From: a virus
Lineage: Duplodnaviria > Heunggongvirae > Uroviricota > Caudoviricetes
Length of the DNA stretch: 64,000 nucleotides
Virus record (IMG/VR): IMGVR_UViG_3300001282_000006
Reading direction: 5' to 3' (one strand)
The notes beneath the pieces were generated by a model, which saw only the letters and a program-made list of their open reading frames with translations, ran no database searches and was not told the DNA's origin. The translations under genes were made by a program, and so were the position numbers. Positions within the stretch are counted from its first letter, which is position 1. Each line of letters opens with the position of its first letter. This document shows, piece after piece, positions 20,536 to 30,517 of the stretch.

Positions 20536-21099
20536 ATGTCACAAATATCAATTGTTGATTGGATTACGGCTTTATTAATAGTCGTGCCTTTATTTGCTTT
20601 ACTTATATCAATTCCAAGTTTTATCTCTATGTATAAACTTGGATTCAAAGCTTATGTAGAACAATTGATACTTTTGAAAACAATGTTGAAAAAGATATCA
20701 TCTGGATATAAAATTACTCAAAATCAAGTTTATAATTACAGCGGTGTTAGTTATAATGGACCAAAATCAGTAACACAAGTTGAAACTAATCATTTCTTTC
20801 CAATAGTTATTAATAAAGATAATCTCTTAGTTCTTAATAAGAAAGAAGGTCCATTTAATACTTTACATATTCAGTATTGTAAACATGAAAATGATAACTG
20901 GGATAATAATATGGTTGAGATAAAAACCAGCAATTGTTTATTTACTCAAATTCTAAATGACAGATTTCAAAAAAAAGTTGATAATCTTATGAAAGAGTCT
21001 GTTCAACTTGATGGAGTTGAAAATCTAAATGAACTATTAAATAGTGAAATAACTTCTATTAAAAGAGAAGATAAACTTAATGCTTTATTAAATGATTAA
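20536..21099 (+). CDS. Membrane protein (N-terminal transmembrane segment).
   Basis: Hydrophobic WITALLIVVPLFALLISIPSFI. Confidence 0.55.
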   Translation: MSQISIVDWITALLIVVPLFALLISIPSFISMYKLGFKAYVEQLILLKTMLKKISSGYKITQNQVYNYSGVSYNGPKSVTQVETNHFFPIVINKDNLLVLNKKEGPFNTLHIQYCKHENDNWDNNMVEIKTSNCLFTQILNDRFQKKVDNLMKESVQLDGVENLNELLNSEITSIKREDKLNALLND

Positions 21100-21248
21100 A
21101 AGAGACATTGTAATAGTTGACCATATCAGTATGATAAGTGCTACTACGGTAGACCCATCCATATTGGAAAAACTTAATATTCGTGTTAAGAATATTCGTA
21201 AGTATAGAGGTCGTATTGAAAAACGAAAAGAAAAAATAAAAAGAATTT

Positions 21249-21437
21249 ATGAATAAAGAAACTCTTGATATATTTGGTCAATATCTAAATGGTAATAAAC
21301 AAATTATGATGTTGAAGGCTAGGCAAACTGGTAAGTCAAGTGCCACCGCTTCTTTAATGGCTTGGAAACATCTTCATAGTAAATATGAAAGAGCAAGAAC
21401 GAGAAAAGAAACCATAAAACGGCTTTTTAATATATAA
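21249..21437 (+). CDS. Hypothetical small protein.
   Basis: 62-aa ORF. Confidence 0.4.
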   Translation: MNKETLDIFGQYLNGNKQIMMLKARQTGKSSATASLMAWKHLHSKYERARTRKETIKRLFNI

Positions 21438-21461
21438 CTCAACAAAAAGAAATAAAATTTT

Positions 21462-22019
21462 ATGAATTTACAAGAATTACTTAATAAATGGAATATCAAA
21501 TGTGATGTTAATACATTACTTTCAATGTGGAATGAATCTCATAGATCTTATCATACCTTAAATCACTTAAATGATGTGATTGACCAAATCAACGAAAGTA
21601 AGTCAAAATACTCTGATAAAGAATATGAGAAGTTGATGTTAACAGCTCTTTTTCACGATTGTGTTTATGACCCAATGAAAAGTGATAATGAAGAAAAGTC
21701 AGCTGACTTCTTTATGGAATGCTGTTCAGATAAATCTAATTCAGACGTTTTAGAAGTAAAACAAATGATTTTAGATACAAAGACTCACCAAGCTACAACA
21801 AACCTTTCAGAGTCTTTTAATTACTATGATATGAGTATTGTAGAAAGAGATTTCGATCAATTATTAGAATGGGAAAACGGAATTCACGAAGAGTTCAAAG
21901 CTTATGGTGAAGCTTACAAAGAAGGTAGATTGAAATTCTTAGAATCAATCTTAGATAAATATCCTCATAACACAGAAAACTTACTTAAACTAGTTGAGTG
22001 GGTTAAAACTAACTACTAA
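21462..22019 (+). CDS. HD-domain phosphohydrolase-like protein.
   Basis: H..NH...LTALFHDCVYD resembles the H...HD metal-binding motif. Confidence 0.45.
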   Translation: MNLQELLNKWNIKCDVNTLLSMWNESHRSYHTLNHLNDVIDQINESKSKYSDKEYEKLMLTALFHDCVYDPMKSDNEEKSADFFMECCSDKSNSDVLEVKQMILDTKTHQATTNLSESFNYYDMSIVERDFDQLLEWENGIHEEFKAYGEAYKEGRLKFLESILDKYPHNTENLLKLVEWVKTNY

Positions 22020-22020
22020 A

Positions 22021-22470
22021 ATGAATATAAAAGTAAAGGACTGGGGTAATTTTATAAAAGAATCTAAAATGGAGAAGAAAGTCATAATGAACATGTTTAT
22101 TTGTAGACATGAGTCTCCTATAGGCTCATCAAATACAAACCCAAATTGGTCAAAATGTGTTGAAGTTTTACATTCTATAAAATTTCCAACAACTGTTGAA
22201 ATATCAGGTGCTCATCATAGAGGGTTAGCAGTTCAGGTACTCTTAGATACAAATCTTGAAGAGTCAATTTCTTTTTGTAGAGGTTTATTAGATAAATTTC
22301 TACCTGAGGTTCCATTAATAGTAATATCAGAAGTCAATGTTGAGATTAGAAACACCCCAATAGGTCACTGGTTTGATGATGATTTAGTTCAACCAGGTAG
22401 ATATTTTGATAAGTTAGTAAGTGAGGGAAAAACTGGTTTAGTAATTCATGATGAAAACACACCTAAATAA
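22021..22470 (+). CDS. Hypothetical protein.
   Basis: ATG at 22021. The track ORF 21994 uses an alternative start. Confidence 0.55.
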   Translation: MNIKVKDWGNFIKESKMEKKVIMNMFICRHESPIGSSNTNPNWSKCVEVLHSIKFPTTVEISGAHHRGLAVQVLLDTNLEESISFCRGLLDKFLPEVPLIVISEVNVEIRNTPIGHWFDDDLVQPGRYFDKLVSEGKTGLVIHDENTPK

Positions 22471-22500
22471 TTAAAAAACAGACAGGAATTTATAAGATAT

Positions 22501-22530
22501 AAAAAAACCCACTCTAGAGTGGGTTTTTAA
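22501..22530. terminator. Bidirectional rho-independent terminator.
   Basis: aaaaaaacccactc-taga-gtgggttttt. Confidence 0.75.
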
Positions 22531-22534
22531 TTTA

Positions 22535-23203
22535 TTAAATATTTGGATTAGGTTTGTTAGGTCTTTGATTAGGATTTACTACAGCACCTTTATTTGTCTT
22601 AGGTTCAGCAAAATATAAAGCAAAATTTGTTTCTTTATCTTCAGTACTTAATAACATATTAGGATATTTTGATTTGATAGTATCAATTAATTTATTTCCT
22701 AACTTATTTACAAATTTTACTACTTCTGGGTTTTTCTGCATATCGTATAAGTTAGCAATTTTACCAGATTCTCCAAAAATAGCATCTTTTATATGTGACC
22801 AATTTTTAGAAATATCCTGTTGATAAGTTCCAGGGTATTTTTCATAATCACCAGGTTTCTTTTCATCCATCATCTTTTTAATTATCTCTTTATTTTCAGG
22901 TGCTGTTATAAATTGATAAGCAACAGCATAAACAGGCAGAAACAAGCCAATTTGTTCAACATCTGAAAATTGATGAATTTCTACAGTACCACCTTTACCA
23001 TTCAAATATTTTGAATCTTTTGTACCAACTAAAGAATCACCACCTCTATATTTTGATTTTTCGCTATTTTCTTTTATTTCAACTTCATACCCTTCACTTT
23101 TTACAAGAGAGTATAATTGTTTAGCTATAGATTTTAATTCCAGAAAATCTTCATTAATAGATTCTGAGTCTGAGAAGTTTTCAAATAATTTAAGATGTTT
23201 CAT
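22535..23203 (-). CDS. Hypothetical protein with a CTS-like leader (MKHLKLFE|NF).
   Basis: 222-aa ORF. TTTAATATATAC motif 21 nt upstream. Confidence 0.7.
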   Translation of the reverse strand: MKHLKLFENFSDSESINEDFLELKSIAKQLYSLVKSEGYEVEIKENSEKSKYRGGDSLVGTKDSKYLNGKGGTVEIHQFSDVEQIGLFLPVYAVAYQFITAPENKEIIKKMMDEKKPGDYEKYPGTYQQDISKNWSHIKDAIFGESGKIANLYDMQKNPEVVKFVNKLGNKLIDTIKSKYPNMLLSTEDKETNFALYFAEPKTNKGAVVNPNQRPNKPNPNI

Positions 23204-23252
23204 AATTATGATTTTTTATTAATGTATATATTAAATTTAATATTCGATTTTT

Positions 23253-23915
23253 TCATTTTATATACATTGAGTTACAGAAGTCATTCCAATCCAATCTATA
23301 TCCTAACTGTGATGTGAGTTCTTTACAAACATCTAAACCAATATGTTCATGCTCAATAAATAAATGAGTAGGTAAGACATCACAGTCTTTCATACTTTCT
23401 AATATCAATGCTTCAACACCTTCAACATCTAATATAAACAAATCAACATGTTTAATATCATATTCTTCTATAAGTTGTTTAAATGTAATTACTTCAACTA
23501 TAAATTCTTGTAGTTGAACTCCCATCTTATGGAGTTGATAAAGGTGTTTTTCTACATGTTGAAATGAACCATTACTCCATCCTGGCGCTTTTGCTATATC
23601 TTCAACATTGTCGTCTCTGAATACAAATGAACCGGTTTTATTAAGTAAACCTTTATTTAGGTTAAGGAATGAATTAGGTCTGTTTTCTACTAATTTCTTA
23701 AATTTAACCGGACTCGCTTCTATATTAACGCCTTACCAACCCATAGTTTCTTCAAAAAATTTACAACATGATAAGTTAAGACCATCAGCTGCTCCGCACT
23801 CGATAAAAAAACCATCTCTTTTGTCTTTAAAGTAATTGTCGTGTAAGAACTTATCTACCGGTACTCCTCTATAGAGATAACCAGCATTTGGAACCTGTCC
23901 GTAATATTTATTCAT
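23253..23915 (-). pseudogene. FkbM-family methyltransferase interrupted by a single in-frame TAA. The stop lies at plus-strand 23733-23735, complement.
   Basis: The N-terminal fragment ...GFFIECGAADGLNLSCCKFFEETMGW* continues in frame as GVNIEASPVKFKKLVENRPNS...VDLFILDVEGVEALILE...FIEHEH. Together this matches the FkbM pattern (G.F.E.GA.DG / GW.G..IEP.P / IDLLKIDVEGAE). Confidence 0.6.
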
Positions 23916-23925
23916 GTATTATATA

Positions 23926-24648
23926 TTAATAATTCATAATTATCAACTCTGTACCCATTATAGTTATCTTAGAATCAAATTTACAAGTAGGATAAAGTTC
24001 TTCTATACCGTCGAAATAGTAGTAACTTAATAAGAACTTTCCTTTAATATTATTAAGAGTTTCCGCCAGCTCTTTATGAGTATCTTTATTAAAATCGTGA
24101 TTGATATAGTACTCTTCTTTACCCATATAAGGCGGATCTACATAAAAGAATGTTGATTCTGAATCATACATTTCAATTACTTTTTTATAATCGTAGTTGT
24201 GTATATTATTTATTTTACTTAAATGATGTTCATAAGCACGGTGCTTCATTTTAAGTATATTGAATTCACTATTATCTCTCCAAGAATCTTTACCAATTTC
24301 ATAAGGAGATGAGCAAGTTAAAACAACTAACCAATAAAGAGAAAGTAACATCTCATCTTTTTCAGTTATTATTTTTTTCAAACAACTTCGATAGTAATCT
24401 TCATCTATCTCTGTGTTCTTAAATAATTCAACAAAATTAGAATTTCGTAAATTTTTGAATAATAAATAATTTAGATTATTCTTATCATTATAGATAAAAT
24501 TAACATCCTTAAACTTAGTGAAGTCTAAGGCAAAAAAAATACCAAACATTCCGGCAAATGGTTCTACATAAGTAGAAATATTATTGGGAATATTTGGTAC
24601 TATAAAGTTCGCAAATTTAGATTTCTCGCCTAAATAAGGTATCAGCAT
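23926..24648 (-). CDS. dam: Dam-like N6-adenine DNA methyltransferase (D12 class).
   Basis: YVEPFAGMFGIFFAL (FxGxG-like) and YVDPPY catalytic motif. Confidence 0.8.
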   Translation of the reverse strand: MLIPYLGEKSKFANFIVPNIPNNISTYVEPFAGMFGIFFALDFTKFKDVNFIYNDKNNLNYLLFKNLRNSNFVELFKNTEIDEDYYRSCLKKIITEKDEMLLSLYWLVVLTCSSPYEIGKDSWRDNSEFNILKMKHRAYEHHLSKINNIHNYDYKKVIEMYDSESTFFYVDPPYMGKEEYYINHDFNKDTHKELAETLNNIKGKFLLSYYYFDGIEELYPTCKFDSKITIMGTELIIMNY

Positions 24649-24656
24649 CCAAAAAA

Positions 24657-24914
24657 TTAATTTTTTGACTTCGCAGATTTCTTAATCTCTTTGTGAAGTT
24701 GTTTGAAGATAGATTTAACTTCTCCAAATTTCATTTCGCCGCTAATTGCCGCCATATAGGCAGTTTCTAATTTGCTCATTTTTTCACTAACTGGAGAAAC
24801 AGTTGTAATAGCAGTAGCTACTGTATCAGTAGTTGCTGTAACTTTTGTTTTCCTAGTCGCACCTGTAGAAGCCTTAGATTTCATAGTAGGTGCTTTTGTT
24901 GCTTTTGTTTTCAT
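24657..24914 (-). CDS. Small Lys/Thr-rich basic protein.
   Basis: 85-aa ORF. MKTKATKAPTMKSKASTGATRKTK... Confidence 0.45.
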   Translation of the reverse strand: MKTKATKAPTMKSKASTGATRKTKVTATTDTVATAITTVSPVSEKMSKLETAYMAAISGEMKFGEVKSIFKQLHKEIKKSAKSKN

Positions 24915-24966
24915 ATTTTTGTGTTATGTTTCTTAAATATTATAGTATAATAATTTAAAAAGTTTA

Positions 24967-24986
24967 AGTCCAGATTATCTGGACTT
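24967..24986. terminator. Hairpin overlapping the stop of 24975..26090, probably a terminator.
   Basis: gtccagattatctggac flanked by T/A runs. Confidence 0.4.
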
Positions 24987-26090
24987 TTTAAATTCTTTTT
25001 TATCATTAGAAATATAGAATTTATCAAAATTATAGTATTTCTTATACACTTCTTTGATTTTCTTCATATTAACTTTATCTAAAATATCATAAACTGACCA
25101 ACCCTCTGGATTGATATATTGATTAACATTCTTATATCTAAGAATCTCATCTTTAGCCATTCTTACTTTGTAGTAATCTTTAACTAAGTCAAATCTTTCT
25201 TTTGTTAAATATTTATCAGGGTTTGTAATCACCTCTTTAACAGCGTCAACTACACCATTGTAATTTTTATTAGATGTTTGAGTTGAGATAGTATTAATAC
25301 CTTGATTGTTAACTCTTGACTGATAACAATGTACATAATAAACTAATCCTTTTTTCTCTCTAATTTCTTGATAAAGTGGAGATTTTAATCCTAATGACAA
25401 CATAGCATTGATAAAGTGAACATAAGCAAAATCTTCCTCAATTATTGGAGAAAGAATAGCAATAGATGTTTTGTCTTTGAACTCATTACTTAATTCTAAA
25501 TCAACATCATTTTCACCAAACTCAATAGTTTTTGTAATATCTCTCTTAGCAAAATCAATAGTATTGTTTTTGTAAGGTTTGTTTTTAGATACGTTAATAA
25601 TCTTAGTAGGCTTAGCATATTGAAGTTCAAAGAAATTCAAACAATCCATATACTTTAGTTTTTCTAAATCTTCTTTTAATCCAATTGGATCATAATCACC
25701 AAATAATTTACGAGAAAGATTTAACATATGTGTTTGAGTTTGGTCATTGAAACAATCCATGTATTCTTCAAGTACAATGTTTCTTTCATTTTCAAATTGT
25801 TCTTTAGTAACATTGAATTCACCAAGTAAGTCCATAAACTCACCTTTCCACTTATTTACTTTTTCATCTAAGCCAGTTAGATAAAAAACAATTTCATTTG
25901 AACTTGTGTAAGCATTCCAATCAATGCCGTCTTTGTCAAAATCTTCTTGAAGATGATCAAAGTTTTTACACATTAAATGTTCCATTAAGTGAGAGATACC
26001 AAACCAACCTTTTTTCTCAAGATTAGTTGAACCTTCATATACAACGTAGAAACCAGATAATTCAGTTTCAGATTTAAGATTTATTATCAT
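24975..26090 (-). CDS. M16 (pitrilysin / insulinase) family metallopeptidase-like protein.
   Basis: Inverted zinc motif HxxEH (GISHLMEHLMCK) near the N-terminus. Confidence 0.55.
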   Translation of the reverse strand: MIINLKSETELSGFYVVYEGSTNLEKKGWFGISHLMEHLMCKNFDHLQEDFDKDGIDWNAYTSSNEIVFYLTGLDEKVNKWKGEFMDLLGEFNVTKEQFENERNIVLEEYMDCFNDQTQTHMLNLSRKLFGDYDPIGLKEDLEKLKYMDCLNFFELQYAKPTKIINVSKNKPYKNNTIDFAKRDITKTIEFGENDVDLELSNEFKDKTSIAILSPIIEEDFAYVHFINAMLSLGLKSPLYQEIREKKGLVYYVHCYQSRVNNQGINTISTQTSNKNYNGVVDAVKEVITNPDKYLTKERFDLVKDYYKVRMAKDEILRYKNVNQYINPEGWSVYDILDKVNMKKIKEVYKKYYNFDKFYISNDKKEFKKSR

Positions 26091-26108
26091 TTAAATTAAT
26101 TTAATTTG

Positions 26109-26116
26109 TATTTATA
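26109..26116 (-). promoter_or_regulatory. TATAAATA box on the minus strand, 19 nt upstream of the M16 peptidase start.
   Basis: Plus-strand tatttata. Confidence 0.35.
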
Positions 26117-26136
26117 CAGTTTATTGAAAGATAAGT

Positions 26137-27102
26137 TTATAAGTCAACTTTGAATTTGCCCCAAATGACAACATCACCATCAATAACTTCAATATCAGTT
26201 CCAGCCCATTCTAAATATTTAACTATACCAGATGATACATCTTCTGATGTTGTTGTATCTGGAAAAGCTTTATTAATAGTATCAGCCATTTCATTTGTGT
26301 ATATAATCATTCTATCATCTTCAACTAAAGTAAAATCTTCAATTTGAATTGATGATCTTAAAAAAGAAGTTAAATTTTTTATCAGATTATCACCTAAATC
26401 GGATCTTCTAACTGGAACTTTATTAATTACACCATTACGCATAACACTTGATGATATCATCTCACTCCAGTTATCTTTAATATCTTGTTGTAAATAAACT
26501 AAAGCTTCTTCTCTAAATTGTTCAACTGTATAACCTATTTGATCTAACATTAATTGACCATATTTAGTTTGATGATAACCATATTTATATCTGATGTACA
26601 TCTCATCACCTTCAGCATAAGAGGCCCATCCATCTCCACCTAATGAAATAATATCATTAGCATTTAATCCTAATTTTTTAGCAGTAAAATAAAGATAAAC
26701 ATCACAGTGACCATTTTGACTTCCTATTTGTCCATAACTATTAAACCAACCATCAAAATCTTTATCAACTAATTTATTAGCTTCTTCGCTGAATAAGTTT
26801 TTAATTGATTCAAAGTCCCAACCTTTTTTATTAAGCAAATTTTGCATTTCTTGATAATCAGCTTCAGGGTTAGCATCTTTCCTTTTACACATATCAGAAA
26901 ACCAACCAGGATAAAAATCAGACATAGCAATTACTGACTCTTCAAAATCATCTCTTAACTCTTGTATAGTTTCTTTACCAGTACCTGGTACTTTTAAAAT
27001 AACTCTACTTATAATAGTGTCTAATTCTTGCTTAGTTAATTTTGGCTTAGCAACTAGAGACTCATTAATAAAATCATTATACTTTTTTAAGTTCTTCTTC
27101 AT
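26137..27102 (-). CDS. Hypothetical protein with a CTS-like leader (MKKNLKKYNDFINE|S).
   Basis: 321-aa ORF. Confidence 0.7.
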   Translation of the reverse strand: MKKNLKKYNDFINESLVAKPKLTKQELDTIISRVILKVPGTGKETIQELRDDFEESVIAMSDFYPGWFSDMCKRKDANPEADYQEMQNLLNKKGWDFESIKNLFSEEANKLVDKDFDGWFNSYGQIGSQNGHCDVYLYFTAKKLGLNANDIISLGGDGWASYAEGDEMYIRYKYGYHQTKYGQLMLDQIGYTVEQFREEALVYLQQDIKDNWSEMISSSVMRNGVINKVPVRRSDLGDNLIKNLTSFLRSSIQIEDFTLVEDDRMIIYTNEMADTINKAFPDTTTSEDVSSGIVKYLEWAGTDIEVIDGDVVIWGKFKVDL

Positions 27103-27250
27103 CTTCTTCTTCTTCTTGTTCTTCTATTTCAACTTCATTAATTAACTCATCTGCGCACCATTCGTGGTCATATCCAACATCACTGTCGTTGTAAAAATGT
27201 AATTTAGTAGTCATAAAATATTAGAATTTTTTTTGTAAAGTATATATTAA

Positions 27251-28213
27251 TTAATACTTTCTATTTTTCATATGTCTGAGAAAATTAAAAACATCATCTT
27301 TATGTTCTTCAATCATATCAAGAGTTACATCAATTTCCATAAGATTGTCTAAATTTTGATTTTTTTGAAAATAATGTTCAGCAGGATCTTTAGCTATTTT
27401 ACTAATAACTATTCGTGTTGGAATATAATTCATTGTAAAGAATTCTTTCAAAATAGCAGATGTTCTTAAACCAACAGAATCATTATCAGCAAATACCACA
27501 ATTGAACTTGGTTCTTTTTCTAGAACTTGATAAAGCTGTAAACCAGACCACATACCAGATGAACAACTAACAGACTTTTTACCTAAATTAAAAAGAGCTA
27601 TTGTATCAAATATACCTTCAGCAATCCAAATTTCTTTACCTTTTTCAAACTTATCTAATCCCCAAACTGGAATATCAGGACAAGCCAATGAATATTTTAA
27701 TGATTTAGAAGAATTTATCTTTCTAATAGCACAATTAACTAAAATACCATCTTTAAAAAGTGGAATTAGTATACCACCATTTTCAATACCATCACTCATT
27801 ATTTTTTTAAGAACTGGGTGACAAGTTGAACCTAATATCTCATGGTGTTTTAAACTTGTAATATTAGATAATCCTAATATATCCCAGTCTAAGATTGTTT
27901 TCTCTCCAAATCCTCTTTTCTCTAAATATTCAAATTCATTAGTATTCAATAATCCTATATTTTCTGTAATTAAATCAGTAAGTGATGCCAATTCATCAGG
28001 TGTTACAATAATGTCATTAGCTTCAATATCTAATTCATCAATGTTGATTTCAACCATTCTGTTGTCATTATTAAACATTTCTTTACACTTATTGAATTGA
28101 TTTTCAATTTTCATAAGTTTCATAGGGTTTAATTTTGGTAAGAAATTAGAAACAACGCCTTTTACTGAGCGATTGTTGTAAAGGATAAAACCAAGTTCTT
28201 CGTTAGTGTACAT
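27251..28213 (-). CDS. Toprim-domain protein (primase-like C-terminal module).
   Basis: WIAEGIFDTIAL...VVFADNDSVG (E..D / DxD Toprim signatures). No N-terminal Zn ribbon seen. Confidence 0.55.
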   Translation of the reverse strand: MYTNEELGFILYNNRSVKGVVSNFLPKLNPMKLMKIENQFNKCKEMFNNDNRMVEINIDELDIEANDIIVTPDELASLTDLITENIGLLNTNEFEYLEKRGFGEKTILDWDILGLSNITSLKHHEILGSTCHPVLKKIMSDGIENGGILIPLFKDGILVNCAIRKINSSKSLKYSLACPDIPVWGLDKFEKGKEIWIAEGIFDTIALFNLGKKSVSCSSGMWSGLQLYQVLEKEPSSIVVFADNDSVGLRTSAILKEFFTMNYIPTRIVISKIAKDPAEHYFQKNQNLDNLMEIDVTLDMIEEHKDDVFNFLRHMKNRKY

Positions 28214-28279
28214 AAGATTACTTTTATATAATTTTGAAATAAAGTTGTTTTTTCTAAGAATGTTTTATATATTTGTAGT

Positions 28280-28287
28280 TATAAATA
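28280..28287 (+). promoter_or_regulatory. TATAAATA box 12 nt upstream of the ATG at 28299.
   Basis: Exact TATAAATA. Confidence 0.35.
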
Positions 28288-28298
28288 TATTTAATACA

Positions 28299-28907
28299 AT
28301 GATAAAAGTTGGACTTTCGGGTAATAGATATTCAGGTAAAAATGAAGTCTGTAATATTTTCAGAAAACTCACCATACCTGTTTTTGAAGCAGATACTGTT
28401 TTGAAATTTATTATAAATCATGACGCTTCTGTTAATAGCCAAATAATGGCAAAGTTAAAACCCTTACACGGTAAATCTGTTTATGTAGATCCACAATTTG
28501 TAAAAACTAAAACAGAATTTGATATAGTTGTAGATTGTGCTCAGCATGAACTAATGAGAGCTTATGAAGCTTTCTCTGAAAAACACAAATCTTCTATTTA
28601 CACAATATTTCATTCTTCAATTTTATTTGAAAGAAACTGGCATAAACTAATGAACCACAATATTGCTATTTTTTGTCCAAAAATTACACGAATGGAAAGA
28701 TGTAAAGAATTGACAAATATGAAAGTTTCTGATGTTGCTATGTCAATGAGAAATGAAATAGACGACTTAGATAAAAATAAAATGGCTAACTTTGTAGTTC
28801 ATAATTATAATGGTAGAAAAGTTTTAGACCAAGTTCATCAAATCGACCAGTTTGTTATTGACTCTTATTTAAGATTAGAACAAACTATCGTATCAAAACA
28901 CTATTAA
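28299..28907 (+). CDS. P-loop kinase-like protein (dephospho-CoA-kinase-like fold with a degenerate Walker A).
   Basis: MIKVGLSGNRYSGKNEV..FEAD resembles CoaE MxxIGLTGGIGSGKS...DAD. Start moved to the ATG at 28299. Confidence 0.35.
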   Translation: MIKVGLSGNRYSGKNEVCNIFRKLTIPVFEADTVLKFIINHDASVNSQIMAKLKPLHGKSVYVDPQFVKTKTEFDIVVDCAQHELMRAYEAFSEKHKSSIYTIFHSSILFERNWHKLMNHNIAIFCPKITRMERCKELTNMKVSDVAMSMRNEIDDLDKNKMANFVVHNYNGRKVLDQVHQIDQFVIDSYLRLEQTIVSKHY

Positions 28908-29371
28908 TGAAAACTATTAAAATAAAATTAATCGAACCAACAACTCAAAAATTGGCTTTTGTTAAGCTAATAAAAGAGTGTAGTGGACTTGGTCTAAAAG
29001 AAGCTAAAGATTTGTGTGATAATATACATAGTTATTCAGAAAGAGTTCATGAAATGCCTATTCGTGACTGGGAAACTTATGATTATAACACAGGAGTAAC
29101 TACACCAGCCACAACAGACTACCGTAGAAAATTTACTACTGAAATTAAAAATATTGAGGGTAAATTTGTTGTTAACGGTGGGGTTCAATGGGATAGAAAT
29201 GTAAAAATGTTACAACTTGGAATAGCTGATAAATCTGACTATACCGAATTTATGAAAGATTATATCTTAAATAAATTTGACAATTCAGAAGATTTACTTA
29301 CCTTTGTACTCAATAAGTTTTCTAAAGAAGATTTACAAGAAGCATTCAATAAAATTAATATAGAATTATAA
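28907..29371 (+). CDS. Protein whose N-terminal ~50 aa resemble the C-terminal domain of ribosomal protein bL12 (L7/L12), fused to an unknown domain.
   Basis: [25 protein letters not shown] compared with bL12 CTD [25 protein letters not shown]. Confidence 0.5.
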   Translation: [154 protein letters not shown]

Positions 29372-29767
29372 ATGGCTAACGCTTATATTCATTCAAAGTC
29401 CTCTGCTCGAAAATTTGGAGGTGAACCAGAAGATTATCTTCATATCCATATGAAAATGGATTGTTCTAAAGCATATGTATCTGATAATAGACACAGGGTA
29501 CTCACTCACACAAGTTTTTGGATTCATGAAGTAATGATACCTATTTTTGGTTACACTATGAAAAATTCGGCTGGTAAAGAATTCTCTGTTAAAGATGTTT
29601 GTGAGCAACACATCTTAGAAGACTTTGGAATGAGATTTATACCAACTCCTCAAGATTATCTTGAAAATATGGAGTTCATGGACTGGATGCAAAATGGCAT
29701 CAAAGGTCACCCATCATCTTTTGAAAAACTTTCACAAAAAGGAAATATTAAAGTAAATTTAGATTAA
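29372..29767 (+). CDS. Hypothetical protein.
   Basis: 131-aa ORF. Confidence 0.55.
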   Translation: MANAYIHSKSSARKFGGEPEDYLHIHMKMDCSKAYVSDNRHRVLTHTSFWIHEVMIPIFGYTMKNSAGKEFSVKDVCEQHILEDFGMRFIPTPQDYLENMEFMDWMQNGIKGHPSSFEKLSQKGNIKVNLD

Positions 29768-29769
29768 AT

Positions 29770-30495
29770 ATGATAGTAATTTGTAAAAGACCAACTAAGA
29801 GATTAGTTAAAGGTGTTAGATATGAAACTGGCAGTCTTTATAACAGTGGTAATAACCAACGTTGGCAAGAAGGTACTGTAGAAATTCTTGGTATTGGAAG
29901 ATTTGTTGTTGATAATTTTACTACAACAGATGGCAATCCACTACCTAAGACGGATATTATTGTACAACCAACTCCTTTAGAACAACCTACTTTTGAACAA
30001 CTTTCAAAAGGTGATATTCTTATTTGTACATCAGATAGTTACAAAACCCTTGGTAAGGGTTGTATGTATCAAATTGAAGAACTAAAATCAGTTTCTTCTC
30101 AAAAAGTAGGTTGGAATAAACAAACTTATACACACGTTGAAAAAAGTATTAAGTTTGTTGGTATTCCTCGAACATTAAAATTCTCTCCTTGGAGATTTAG
30201 AAAATTAACAGCTCAAGAAGCTCGTGAGATTTCTTTAAACTCTGTATTACATGGTGAAGAACCAGTAATTGTAAAATCAAAAGACATAAGAAAGATTGAA
30301 TTAGTGGCTAATAAAGAATTAGAACTAATGTCTATGTTATCTAAATCAATTATTGATACAAACAGACATCATCTTTCTATTATTGATTGGGCTTGTCAAA
30401 AGTCTGGAACTAATTTAGGAATAACATCAGATGATTACGCAACTATTTTGAATATGTCTTTGAAAGATATCCTTGAGAAAATTGAAACAAAATAA
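29770..30495 (+). CDS. Hypothetical protein.
   Basis: 241-aa ORF. Confidence 0.6.
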   Translation: MIVICKRPTKRLVKGVRYETGSLYNSGNNQRWQEGTVEILGIGRFVVDNFTTTDGNPLPKTDIIVQPTPLEQPTFEQLSKGDILICTSDSYKTLGKGCMYQIEELKSVSSQKVGWNKQTYTHVEKSIKFVGIPRTLKFSPWRFRKLTAQEAREISLNSVLHGEEPVIVKSKDIRKIELVANKELELMSMLSKSIIDTNRHHLSIIDWACQKSGTNLGITSDDYATILNMSLKDILEKIETK

Positions 30496-30517
30496 AAAAT
30501 CTTAGTAAAACACAAAT

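Noticed and set aside
23608-23835. A 75-aa plus-strand ORF.
   Set aside because: It lies antisense to the homology-supported FkbM methyltransferase reading frame, and its low-complexity translation has no signal.
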